Translations under genes and position numbers: made by a program | Assembly (NCBI RefSeq): GCF_009914755.1 | Contig: NC_060932.1 | DNA: 64,000 nt | Reading direction: 5' to 3' (one strand) | DNA from: the human T2T-CHM13v2.0 reference genome, Homo sapiens | Part shown: in pieces, positions 11,401 to 24,216 of the stretch | Numbering within the stretch: the first letter of the stretch is position 1 | Layout of the letters: each line of letters begins with the position of its first letter | Notes under the pieces: model-generated | Database searches by the model: none | Seen by the model: the letters and a program-made list of their open reading frames with translations, nothing else | What the model was told of the DNA's origin: nothing

Positions 11401-13590
11401 TGTTTCTACTTACAGGTTTTTGCTTTGTGATTGCCATGAGGGTTACAAAAAGCTTATTGTATTTATAACAGGTTATTTTAAACTGATTAAAATAAAAAAA
11501 GAACAAGAAAACCAAAAAACCTCTATGACTTTACCCCATTTCTCCCTCCACATTTTAACTTTTTGTGTTGCAATTTGCATCTTTTCATATTGCATATCCC
11601 TTAACAAATTATTTTAGCTATTATTTTTAATAGTGTTATCTTTTAACCTTCATCCTAAAGATATAAATAATTTCCACACCATTTTTACAATATTAAAGTA
11701 TTCTCAATTTGTGTACTTTTTCCCATGAGTTTTATACTTTCAGATGTTTTTGTGTTACATATCAGCATTCTTTTCTTTCAGACTGAAAAACTATCTTTAG
11801 CATTTCTTATAAGACAGTTCTGGTGGTGATGAGCACCTTCAGCTTTTGTTCATCTGGGAAGGTCTTTATAATGCCTGTATTTCTGGACAACTTTGCTAGG
11901 TGCAGTATTTTTGGTTGACAACTGTGTAGCAGGCTTTTTTTTTTCCCCCTTGTATAAATCATCCCACTTTCTACTGGCTTTTGTAAAGTTTTAGCTGAGA
12001 AGTCTGCTGTTAGCTCTATTGAAATTTCTTATATATTATTTGTTTATTTTCTTTTGCTGCTTCCCAAATCCTCTCTTTGTCACTGATTTTTCATAGTTTT
12101 GCCATATATGTTGGGGTAGTCTTATTCACATTTAATATGATTGGAGACCTTTGATCTTGCGTGTCTAGATATTTACAACTATGTTCAGGTTTGGAAAATG
12201 TCCTGCTGCTATTTCTTTAAGTAAGATGTCTGCCTCTTTATTTTTCTCTTTTTCTTCTTGAAGTCTAAGGCCTTGAACATTTAATGTTCTTTTGAGACTA
12301 TTCCATAAATGCTGTAAGCTTTATTTATTTACTTATTTATTTATTTATTCTCTGATGGTATATTTTCAAATAACCTAATTTTGAGTTCAAAGATTCTTTT
12401 CTTTACCTGATCATTCTGCTGTTCATGCTCTCAAGTGCATTTTTTTTTTCTTTCATTGTATTTTCAGCTCCAGAATTTCTGTTTGGTTTTTTTATTACTT
12501 TCATTTTTCTACCAAATTTTTCATTTTGGTCACATTGTTTTCCTCATTTCATTGAATTGTGTTTCTGAATTTTCCTAAAGTACTCCAAGCTTCCTTAAAA
12601 TAGTTATTTTGAATTATTTTTCAGGTAGTTAATACACCTGAAAAATAATTTATTTAGCATCTATTTATTTAGCATCTATTACTGGTACCTTATTTTGTCT
12701 CTTTAGTGATATATTTCATTGATTGTTTGTGATCTTTGTGGTTGTGTATTGAAGTCTGTGTATTTAAAGTAGGTACTCATCTTATTCTTTATAGACTTTT
12801 TTTTCTTGGAAAGCCCTGTGATAAGCATAGCACTGATGTATGCCAGAAGTTGGGGAAATTGCGACTAGCTTGCTGTTTCCAGAAGTTTGGGGTCCACTGT
12901 CATTGGTGCAGCACTGGGGTGGGCTAGAAGCCTGGGGCAGATGCCACTGCAGTGCTGGAGTAGACCAGAATTCCAATGCAGCTGTGGCTGACATGACACT
13001 GCCAGAAAACTGGAGCCTGCTATGACAGGCACAGTGCTGGAATGAGCTGGAAGTCCAGGGCCATTGAGGCCTGCCTGCTACAGAGGGCTGTCTGGATCCT
13101 GGGTCTCCTGACATCAGCTCAGTGGTGTGGGATAGAGATTGAATTTGCCACGTAAGACTGAAGGCTTAGCCTGTGTGGTCCCACTGGTTATGAGGGAAGG
13201 CAGGCCTATAAGTTAATTTCAGGGGTACAAGTCTGGAATATGGGACCATGGGGCTCTCCCAAGTGCTTGATTTACTGTGGTGGGTCCAGTGTTGGGGTCC
13301 AAGGCAGAGTCCTGTGCTCACTTCCCTCTGTTTCCTCTAAGTGTACAATATCTCCCTACATGCTGTGCTGCCTGGGTTTGAGGGAGGGGTGATGCAAACA
13401 ATCCAAAACTGTTCTTCTTACCCTCTTCAATGCATCTTTTCCTATTATTGTGCCACTATCAGGAACTATGATCTCTCACCTTGCTTCCCTGGCTCTTATG
13501 AAAGTATGTTCCTATGTGAAGAGTTATTCAAATTGATGTTTCTGCAGAGGGATTATCACTGGAGAGTTCTACTCTGCCATTTTGTTCCCT
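7150..13590 (-). mobile_element. Near full-length degenerate L1MA-type LINE-1 (about 6.4 kb)
   Basis: L1MA 3'UTR at ~7150-7600 and ORF2 remnants (ORFs 8273-8503 and 8933-9196: INSKWIKDLNVRHET, FSKVAGYEINIQKS). ORF1 region at ~11700-12700, and a GC-richer 5'UTR ending in ctgccattttg. Confidence 0.9.
11341..11399. repeat. (TG)n microsatellite within the L1
   Basis: Directly visible. Confidence 0.95.
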
Positions 13591-13649
13591 ATCTGGATAC
13601 GTTATGAATAATTATAAAGCCATCCTTTAAATGGGAAATCAGCAGAAGA

Positions 13650-13945
13650 ATGTGATTGTAGAGGCTAAGAAGTTCCACAATAGACCATCCGTTTGCAAGC
13701 TGGAGAACCAGGAAAGCCAGTAGTATGGCTTACTCCAAGTCTGAAAGCCTTACAACCAGGGAAACTAATGGTGTGTACCTATCAGTACAAGGCCACAAGC
13801 TTGAGAAACTTGGGGCCACTGGTACTGGACTCTCAGTCTCGGAGTCCAAAGTCTGATGAACCTGGGGTTCTCCTTTCCAAGGGCAAGAAAATAAGTCTGT
13901 CCCAGTTACAGAAGAGAGAAAGAGATAATTTGTCTTCCCTCTGTT
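13650..13945. mobile_element. MLT2-like (ERVL) LTR fragment
   Basis: gaggctaagaagttccacaatagaccatc...gcaagctggagaaccaggaaagcc is a typical MLT2 stretch. Confidence 0.65.
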
Positions 13946-14171
13946 TTTTGTAACCAAATAGTTTTTTTTTTCTGATCTTCCTTGGTAATACATTGCTTTA
14001 ATCAGCATAATGTAAAATTTTATATTTTCTGTTATTTTCCTCATTTCAAAATGATATTCTGAATTATTTTCATTCTCTGAGACCTTTACATTTTTATCTA
14101 AATTAGATAAATGAGATCACTTTGATTCTATCTCTAAACTAATAGAAACTTTTATAACTTTCCTATTCTAA

Positions 14172-14564
<393 letters not shown>

Positions 14565-15241
14565 TAAGCTATTTGAGTTTTATTTTTAAGCTTTTCAATA
14601 CATGTAGTTTTCCCTTTATTTGAATGGTCTTATAACCTACAATGAGGTCTAACTGAAAAACAAAACAAGAACAAAAATATTGCATGTTCAGGTGTATTGA
14701 TCATTTAAGAATAAGCCAATGGTTGAGACTAGAGATTTTTGCAGTCATTCTCCAATAATTACCAGATTTAAATCAGTGATTTAGAAATAAAATCCAAAAC
14801 CAAACAAATCCCCAAAACATAAAACAATAAAATGGAAGACTTTCAACAGCCACATGGATCAGTACTAAAAGGCCAAAAAAAAAGAAAGAAAAGAAAAAAA
14901 TCCAAGGAAAACTCCAAGGGTTAACTCTAGAAAAGATCAGGAGATACCAAGCAGGGCAATTTCCTGTTTGTTGTTGTTTTAATCTTGACTAAAACTACTG
15001 TCTTCTTTATGACGTTAAATTTTTTATGAGTCTTTTTAGGCCCTTAATATCCTCAATAAATATTTGTTTTCTTGGCCTGAATTTGAATTAATACAACTTC
15101 TTCTTTTCTTCATCCTGTAACATCTTTATTGAATATGAAACTGCAAAAGGAAATAATTGAACTCTATGACAAAACTGTTCTTGCAAGTACACTTCTTTGG
15201 AAGTTCTCTTTCAGTACTTTCCCATTGTTTTGGTGCAGCTA

Positions 15242-15414
15242 TTTTTTTTTTTTTTTTTTTTTGAGACAGAGTCTTGCTCTGTCGCCCAGGCTGGAGTGCA
15301 GTGGTGCGATCTTGGCTCACCTCAAGCTGCACCTCCTGGGTTCACGCCATTCTCCTGCCTCAGCCTCCTGAGTAGCTGGGACTACAGGCGCCCGCCACCA
15401 CGCCCAGCTAATTT
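15242..15414 (-). mobile_element. 5'-truncated AluY/Sc-like element (right monomer only)
   Basis: Contains gggttcacgccattctcc and gactacaggcgcccgccaccacgccc. TSD TGCAGCTATTT at 15234-15244 and 15417-15427. Confidence 0.9.
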
Positions 15415-15623
15415 AATGCAGCTATTTCAATATACTATATCAGGTAATGGAATTAACTGGAATTTTGATTATCATGATAATAAGTAGTGGTTCAAACATT
15501 GTGTGTTTCCCAAACATTATTGTCAAGACAATGAATTTCTTTCTCTGAAAAAGCACCACCAAAATTTTTGCATAGCTATTTGTTCTAGCAGTGTGCATCT
15601 TTCATTCCTGGAAATAAAGGACA

Positions 15624-15968
<345 letters not shown>

Positions 15969-16184
15969 TCAGTTTTACTCTTTACTGGCCTATAAGATTT
16001 CCTGAACAGGTTTTATCTGTTTACTACTGTAAAAGTACTATATATACTGTCTGAAGAATCAAAGGAAATCTCATAAGGATTTCTTCTGTTGTCCTGCACT
16101 TCATTGATCAGGCTCATCCTTCTTTCTGGAAATAGTAAAGTTCAGCTTATAAATGTGCTCAAGTCTCTCCAATCCGAAATAACT

Positions 16185-16590
16185 TTTCTTTTAATTCAGC
16201 ACACAGTTATCAAGTAATCTTATGTGCCATACACTGTTCTAGGTACTCAAGATACATCAGTGTCCAAAAGACAAAAATAATATCTTTGAAACTGAGTTCA
16301 CCTATTAGTGAAAGAGCTACACAATACATAATAAAGTATCAATTATATAAAATGCTAGATAGTTATTAAGTTCTATGGGGAAAAAGTAGAATCAGGGTGG
16401 GGAATTTGTGTGTGAAGTGTGGAGGAAGAGTGTTAAGATTTTAAATAGGCCTTAGTGGGAAACTAACTTTTGAGTAAAGATGTGAAAAACATGAGTGAGT
16501 GAGCCATGTGGATGGTGGATGCGAATAAGAAGTGCCTTCTGGAGAGAGCAAAGCCAGCACTAGAGCCCTAAGGCAAGTGCCTGCCTGGAA
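16185..16590 (-). mobile_element. L2 3' fragment
   Basis: ttattcagc-like start and tatgtgccatacactgttctaggtact...agagccctaaggcaag. Confidence 0.65.
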
Positions 16591-16940
16591 ACTTCGAGCT
16601 GTCTGCTTTCAGTTACTTTCCTTTCTCTTTCTGTTCTTACATACTGGGCTCATTCTGCATAGTTTTACACTTACTGTTTCTGCTCCTATTATTCTCCACT
16701 CCACTGCCCCCTGACTTCTGTCTACCATGTCTGAAATCACCAATGAACTAGTTGCCTAGTTGTTTTTGATGTTGCCACTTAAATAGCCATTTAAAAATTA
16801 TAAAACAGAAACATGCAAAACATAAATGTTTAATAAATGGAATTAAAATTTTAAAAAGTAAAACTTCATATAATTTGTGACAATCATGCTGTTAATACCC
16901 TACTACGTAATTGCTCTCTGCACGCATAAATGTTTATGTG

Positions 16941-17275
16941 CAGTATGATACCACATAACAGTATTTCAGTGAACGACAGACCACGTATATGACAGTCATC
17001 CCATAAGATTATAACACTGTATTTTGACTGTACTTTTTTTATGTTTAGATACACAAATACTTACCAGTGTGTTACAACTGCTTACAGTATTTAGTACAGT
17101 AAAATGTTGAACAAGTTTGTAGCCTAGGAGCAATAGGATATGCTTTATATCCTAGGTGTGTAGTAGGCTCTACAATCTAGGTTTGTGTTAGGACACTCTG
17201 TGATTGCACAATTACAAAATTGTCTAATGATGCATTTGTTAGAACAAATAGTTGTCATTTAGTGATGTATGACTG
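16941..17275. mobile_element. Tigger3a (MER7A) MITE
   Basis: cagtatgataccacataac...gacagaccacgtatatgacagt...tagtgatgtatgactg followed by TA. Confidence 0.8.
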
Positions 17276-17708
17276 TATATAAATTTTTTCAACTCTAATG
17301 AGAGCATATTGTTCTGCAACATGATTGTTTTCTGTCAATGATCTCCAATTTATATTTCAATAAGTTCTTTATCTAATATTCAAATGGTTAAATTTCCAAA
17401 ATTGCTCCCAAAATGTTACTTGCATTGGAGATCTGTTTCTGGGCCATTTCTGTGGTTATAGCTAGAAAAGTTATGAGTTTGTATTCATGTTTCCGATTGT
17501 ATTTTAATAAATAGTTTAGTTTTTTACTTTATTTAAATTAATAACTTTGCTCTTTTCACTTTCATTGAAAAGATTGATTTACTTATTAATAATAGATTCT
17601 TATAAATAAAGTTCTTATGAAATATCAATACTGATATTACACCAAACAATATAACTTATAAGGGAAGTTTAAATTGTCTTCATAGTATTTCTGTTCCTTG
17701 AATGCACC
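17276..17708 (+). repeat. Copy A of an old direct duplication
   Basis: Aligns colinearly with 19045-19521. Confidence 0.9.
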
Positions 17709-19029
17709 TGATATGGTTTGGCTGTGTCCCCACCCAAATCTCATCTTGAATTTTAATTCCCATAATCCCCACATGTTGTGGGAGGGACCAGGTGGAGACA
17801 ATTGAATCGTGGGGACAGTTTCTCTCATTCTGTTCTTGTGATAGTGAGTTCTCACAAATTTTATGGGTTTATAAGGGGCTTCCCCCTTCGCTGGGCATTG
17901 ATTCTTCTCCTTTCTGCTGCTGTGTGAAGAAGGATTTGTTTGCTTCCCCTTCCACCACAATTATAAGTGTCCTGAGACCTCTCCAGCCATGCTGAACTCT
18001 GACTCAATTAAACTTCTTTCCTTCATAAATTACCCTGTCTTGGGTATGTCTTTATTAGCAGTGCGAGAATGAACTAATAGAATAAATTGGTACTGGTAGA
18101 GTGGGGTGCTACTGTAAAGATACCCAAAAATATGGAATTGACTTTTGAACTGGGTAGCAGTCAGAGGTTGGAACAGTTTGGAAGGCTCATAAGAAGACAG
18201 AAAGATGTGGGAAAGTTTGGAACTTCCTAAAGACTTGCTGAATGGCTTTGACCAAAATGATGATAGTGATATTGACAATGAAGTCCAGACTGAGGTGGTC
18301 TCAGATGAAGATGAGGAACTTGTTGGGAACTGGAGCAAAGCTGACTCTTGTTATGCTTTAGCAAAGAGACTGGCGACATTTTGTCCCTGCCCTAGAGATC
18401 TGTGGAACTTTGAACTTGAGAGAGAAGATTTAGGGTATCCAGCAGAAGAAATTTCTGAGTGGCAAAGCATTCAAGAGGAAGCAGAGCAAAAATGTTTGGA
18501 AAATTTGCCTGACAATGCAACAGAAAAGAAAAACCCATTTTCTGGGGAGAAATTTAAGACAGCTGCAGAAATTTACATAAGTAACAGAAGCCAAGAATGT
18601 TAATCACCAAGACAATGGGGAAAATGTCTCCAGGGCATATCAGAGACCTTCTCAGCAGCCCCTTCTATCACAGGCCTTGGAGTCTAAGAGGAAAAAATGC
18701 TTTCATGGGCTTAAGGCCCCCCCTGTTATGTGCAGCCTAGGGACTTGGTGCCCTGAATCCCAGCTGCATCAGCCATGGCTAAAAGGGGCCAACTTATAAT
18801 TCAGGCCATTGCTTCAGAGGGTGCAAGCCCCAAGCCTTGGCAGCTTCCATGTGATGTCAAGCCTGCAGGTACACAGAAGTCAAGAATTGAGGTTTGGGAA
18901 CCTCCACCTAGATTTCAGAGGATGTATGGAAATACCTGGATGTCCAGGCGGAAGTTTGCTGCAGGGGCAAAGCCCTCAAGGAGAGTCCTGACTTTCATGT
19001 ATTTATTAGCAGTGTGGACATATATACAT
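17709..19029 (+). mobile_element. THE1 (C/D-like) MaLR: 5' LTR 17709-~18081, internal region to ~18988, possible last ~30 bp of the 3' LTR
   Basis: LTR start TGATATGGTTTGGCTGTGTCCCCACCCAAATC and internal start aaattggtac. MaLR ORF remnant 18205-18603 (MWESLELPKDLLNGFDQN). tttattagcagtg recurs at ~19002. Confidence 0.92.
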
Positions 19030-19044
19030 AGGTCCATTCTAATA

Positions 19045-19521
19045 CATATGTAATTTTAACCCAAATGACATACTATACATATTGTTCTGCAACACAGTTG
19101 GTTTTCAATGATGTCCACATTTATATTTTAATAAATTCTTTAATATCCAAATGGTTAAATTTAGAAAATTGTCCCCTAAATGTTAATTGCATTGGAACTC
19201 TCATTTTTTTTTAGTGGATTATTGTATTAGCAACTACAACCTGGGCACCAGAAATGTTAAACATTTCTGGGCCATTTCTGTGGCTATAGCTAGAAAAGTT
19301 ATGAGTTTGCATTCATGTTTCCAATTGTATTTTAATTAATAGTTTAGCTTTTTTACTTAATTTAAACTAATAACTTTTTCATTGAAAATATTACTTATTA
19401 ATAACAAATACTTAAAAATAAAGTTGCTATAAAATATCCATACTGATATTACACCAAACAGTATAACTTATAAGGAAGCTTAAATTGTCTTCATAGTTAT
19501 TTGTGTTCCATGAATGTATCC
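19045..19521 (+). repeat. Copy B of an old direct duplication
   Basis: Aligns with 17276-17708 and carries an extra ~65 bp at ~19197-19263. Confidence 0.9.
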
Positions 19522-19919
19522 TTTTAAGGACATATGTGACATCAAAATCCTGTATTCTAAAGTGGCTTATAATCCAGCATTCTATTTATGGTTATTTTGT
19601 CAGCTTAATATATGATTAGATTTATTTGCTTATGTTTGTTTTCTATGGTATTTTTGAAAACTTTAGTTGTATAGAAAGTGATATCACAGAAGTTTTGTAT
19701 GTTCAAGTTCTACCTGTTTTATACCTTAGACCCTTTTTTATCTTCTTCCAAAAGGTAAATATTTTCCATAGAAGAAAACATATATATTTTTGCTGTTGTT
19801 TCATACTGGCTGAATTATATATGAATGGCCCATAACTTTTAAAACAATGCCCTGTGTCTAACTACTTGGTTTGGAAGTGGTCTTGCAAAAGCACTTTGGG
19901 TACATTTTAACACTTAATT

Positions 19920-20962
19920 TACTTGATATCTCTGAGGCATTTAGCACTTGCTCTCTCTTTCTTGGATATTTTCCCTCCTGTGTTTGCCCTGAGATCACTC
20001 TCCTGATTCCAATTTTACAGACTTAATCTTTCCTTCTCATTCTTTGGATTTTCTTCCTCTGCTTGTTGACCATATTATTTCTATTCCACAGAGTTTTGCC
20101 CTTGGCATTATCATGTGTCATTTTATCCACACCAATGGTTTTAACCACAGCATCACACTTATTGTGTACATGTTGTATTCTCAATCTAGTCATACATGAT
20201 TTCATGTTCCAACCCTATAATCCAATGGACTGCTCTACCTGAGTTTCTTAAATATATCTTAAACTCAACATGCACAAAAATGTGCTCATGTTTTCTACCT
20301 CATTCTCCCCACCCTATATCCTCCCTGAGTATGTACTTTGACTATATTTATCACCTAGGCTATAGACCTGAGTGTAATAGAATTAATCACTAAATCCTAT
20401 TGATACCAACTGCTTGCTAGTAACTCCCATTTCATCCATTTCTGCTGCCTTTGATTGAGCTATTTCTCTATTTCTCCTCGACTACAAAAACCTCCTTAAC
20501 AGATGTTTTTGAGAAAATTGTCTGTTTAAAGTTTTTCCATGGCTTCCTGTTTCCTGAGGTACTGTACACGGACACTCTGCTTGGAATACAAAGTTCTTCA
20601 TAATTTATTCTGCCATCCTCTAATCACTTACATGTCCTACCAGACAGAACCTCAATTCTTTCATACTATCAAGCTTCCCAACGTCTGCACATGGTGTACT
20701 TTTAGCCTTTCCCACTCCATGCTTGAGGTTAACTCAGGTTTTATTTCCTCAGGGATGTTCTGTGTAACATTACTTGTATGGATTAGATCTTTATTCTCTC
20801 AAGTGCTTCTTGGATATAGTTTAGTTGTTTTGACAATTGTATCCCCACAATGTGGGATCTTTGAAGACACAGACTTCCCTTTTCTTTGTGGTATCTTTTG
20901 AGTCTAGCACAGTACCTGTCTTGCCTTAAGTGTTTAAGGTAAGTTTGTTGAATTAATGAGTG
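19920..20962 (+). mobile_element. L2 fragments
   Basis: cttaaactcaacatg and the L2 3' end tctagcacagtacctg...tttgttgaattaatgag. Confidence 0.6.
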
Positions 20963-21466
20963 GCTGCTTCTACTGTTACATGTCAAATTGTTATACTTTC
21001 ACAGTCTCCAGAGGGCAGATACATATCTTATTTGTGGTTCTATTCTCAATTTAGTACAGTCTTTGGATATCATGGTTACTCAGTAAGGGTATAATCAATA
21101 TCACATTTAAATGTATTAATTCATTCTGTTATCATTAGCTGGCAACTGGGACGTAGATTAGAGTAACTCACTACTAAGAAATTCTAGATGTAGACTGACT
21201 CCCCCATTTAGACATATTCAATTTAGTCATAAATTTAAACAACAAATCCACTATTATGATTCCATCATGCATATCTGATATCAACAGTGGTATCTAGCAT
21301 ATATGGCTATGTTCAAAAGGCAGCTCTAAGCATAAGAAAGAGTTCCTATCTTGGGATATTTAATACTCAGAAACATCATACAATCTAGGTAGGACAACAC
21401 TATCAAAGTAAAACAAGACTTTATTTTTAAAAATGGTCTCCAGATGGATTTAATGTTAGCCAAATA

Positions 21467-21495
21467 TGTGTGTGTTTGTGTGTGTGTGTGTGTGT
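21467..21495. repeat. (TG)n microsatellite
   Basis: Directly visible. Confidence 0.9.
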
Positions 21496-23651
21496 TTTGT
21501 TCCAGAGTGAGAAATAGATATAATAAAATAGGACTGTGAGGAGGAGCAAAATTTAGCTAAATATGAACTAGCTTCTTGTGTTAAACATTTATTTAAACAT
21601 TTCCCTTTAAATAGTATGATTAAATTGAAAAAGATTTTAATTATTAGATCGGCTTTAGATTTTATTTTCTTCCTATTCCTTCTCAAAAACAAACAAACAA
21701 ATCATTTTAAATTGAGGATCCTGCTCCTAGAAAGTATTTCAGAATCACTTGTTTTTATTTGCCTGTTCAGTTTGTGGGAATTATTTGTTATAGCAATATT
21801 TATGATGACTAATGGTGGTTTCTAGGCAGCATTATAAATAGAATTTTGTGTCTTGGCAGTTGGAAGTTTATATTGCATAAATTGAGTCCATAAAATATGT
21901 TCTATAAACTAGTGTAGGTGTTGGTTTTGAAGTTTATTTATATTTTAGAATTGTGAATTTAAAATATTCTAACTGTAATACAGTAATAGTAGGGGACTTC
22001 ATAACCCCACTTTCAACAATGGATAGATCATCTAGACTGAAAATCAATAAAGAAGCATTGGACTTAAACTGCACCATAGACCAAATGGACCTAACTGACA
22101 TTTGCAGAACATTTCATCCAACAGCTGCAAAATACACAATCTTCTCAGTAGTACATGAAGCATTCTTCACAGCAGATCATATGTTAGGCCACAAAATAAA
22201 TTTTAACAAACTTAAGAAGATAGAGATCCTGTCAAGAATCTTTTCTGACCACAATGGTGTAAAATTAGCAATTAATAACAAGAGGAAACTCAGAAATTTT
22301 ATAAATACATGGAAATTAAACAACATGCTTTTGAATAACCACAGAGTAAATGAAGAAATTAAAAGAGATATTTAAAAAATTATTGAGACAAATGACAATG
22401 GAAACACAGCATACCAAAAGCTATGGGATACAGCAAAGCAGTTCTAAGAGGAAATTTTATAGCAATAAATGCCTACAGCAAAAAATAAGAAAGATTCCAA
22501 AAAAAACCTAACATTACACCTCAAGAAACTAGAAAAATTAAACCTAAAATTGATCAAAGGAAGGAAATAATAAAGATAAGTGCAATAATAAATGAAGTAG
22601 AGACTAAATACATACAAAAGATCAACAAAACAAAGAGTTGGCTTTCATAACTCAGGGCTAATGATAAGATCAATAAACCCTTAGTTAGACTAAGTTTTTT
22701 TAAAAAGAGGATACTTAAATAAATAAAATGATAAATGAAAGAAAAAGACATTGCAACTGAAACAACAGCAATACAAAGGATTGTAAGAGACTATTATGAA
22801 CAATTATATTCCAACAAATTTAATAACCCAAGAGAAATAGATAAATCCCTGGACACATATAACTTAACAAGGTTAAATTATGAAGTAGAATAGACTTGTA
22901 ATGAGTAAGAAAATTGATTCAGTAATTATAAGTCTCCATCAGAGATAAACCCAGAACCTAATGGCATCACTGCTGAATTCTACCAAATATTAAAAGAAAT
23001 AATACCAATTCTTCTCAAACTATTCCAGAAAATTGAAGTGGAGGGAAAACTTCCAAACTCATTTGACAAGGCCACCATTATTCTGATACCAGAAACAAAG
23101 ACACTACAAGGAATACTGCAGGCCAATATACCTGACAAACATAGAAGCAAATGTCCTAAACAAAATACTAGCAAACCAAGTTCAACAGTACATTAAAAAT
23201 GTCATCCACCATAATCAAGTGGAATTCATCCCAGGATGCAGGAATGATTGATTGGAAGTAAAGCAATATATGTGATACACCACATTAACAGAAAAAAAGG
23301 ACAAAACCACATGATCATCCTAACGGATGCAGAAGAAGCATTCAACAAAATTCAACACCTCTTCATAATAAAAACTCTCAACAAATTTTGTAGACATACC
23401 TCAACACAATAATGGCAATATATGACAGACCCACAGCTAACGTCGTACTCAGTGGAGAAAAGCTTAAAGCTTTTCCTCTAAGATCAGGAAAAAAACAAGA
23501 ATTCCCACTTTTACTGCTTCTATTCAACATGTGCTAGAATTCCCCATCAGAGCAATTTGGCAAGATAAAGAAATAAAAAGCACCCAAATTGGAAAAGATG
23601 AAGTCCAATTATCTTTATTTGCATATAACATATCATATATAGGGAAAACCC

Positions 23652-23663
23652 AGATAGATAGAT

Positions 23664-23698
<35 letters not shown>

Positions 23699-23730
23699 GT
23701 AGATAGATAAATGATAGATAGATAAATAGA
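23652..23730. repeat. Compound (GATA)n tetranucleotide STR
   Basis: Directly visible. Confidence 0.95.
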
Positions 23731-23905
23731 GTCTGTTAGAACTAATACAGAAATTCAGTAATGTTGCAGGTTAAAAAATCAACACATGAAAATCAGTAGG
23801 TTTTTAATACATTAGTACTGAACTATCTGAAAAAGAAATGAAGAAAAAACAACCCAATTTACAGTAGCTACAAAAATAAGATAAAATAAAATAAAATACC
23901 TAAGG

Positions 23906-24216
23906 TTTTTGTTTGTTTTTTGAGACAGAGTCTCAGTCTGTTGCCCAGGCTGGACTGTGGTGGTATAATTCCAGCTCACTGAAGCCTCAACCTCCCTGGC
24001 TCAAATGGTCCTCCTACCTCAGACTCTTGAATACATGGGACTTCAGGCAGCCATCGCCATGCCCAGTTATTTTTTTTAAAGTTATATATATATATATATA
24101 GAAATGAGGTCTCACTATTCTGTTCAGGCTGGTCTCAAACTCCTGACCTCAAGCAATCCTCCTGTCTCAACCTCCCAAAGTGCTGAGATTACAGGTGTGA
24201 GCCACTGTGCCCAGCC
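23906..24216 (-). mobile_element. AluJ inserted in the L1, with (TA)n in the linker
   Basis: Diverged Alu dimer. The L1 sequence aaatacctagg resumes after it. Confidence 0.88.

Noticed and set aside
18205-18603. 132-aa acidic ORF
   Set aside because: The ordinary THE1 internal MaLR ORF remnant, with no sign of domestication.
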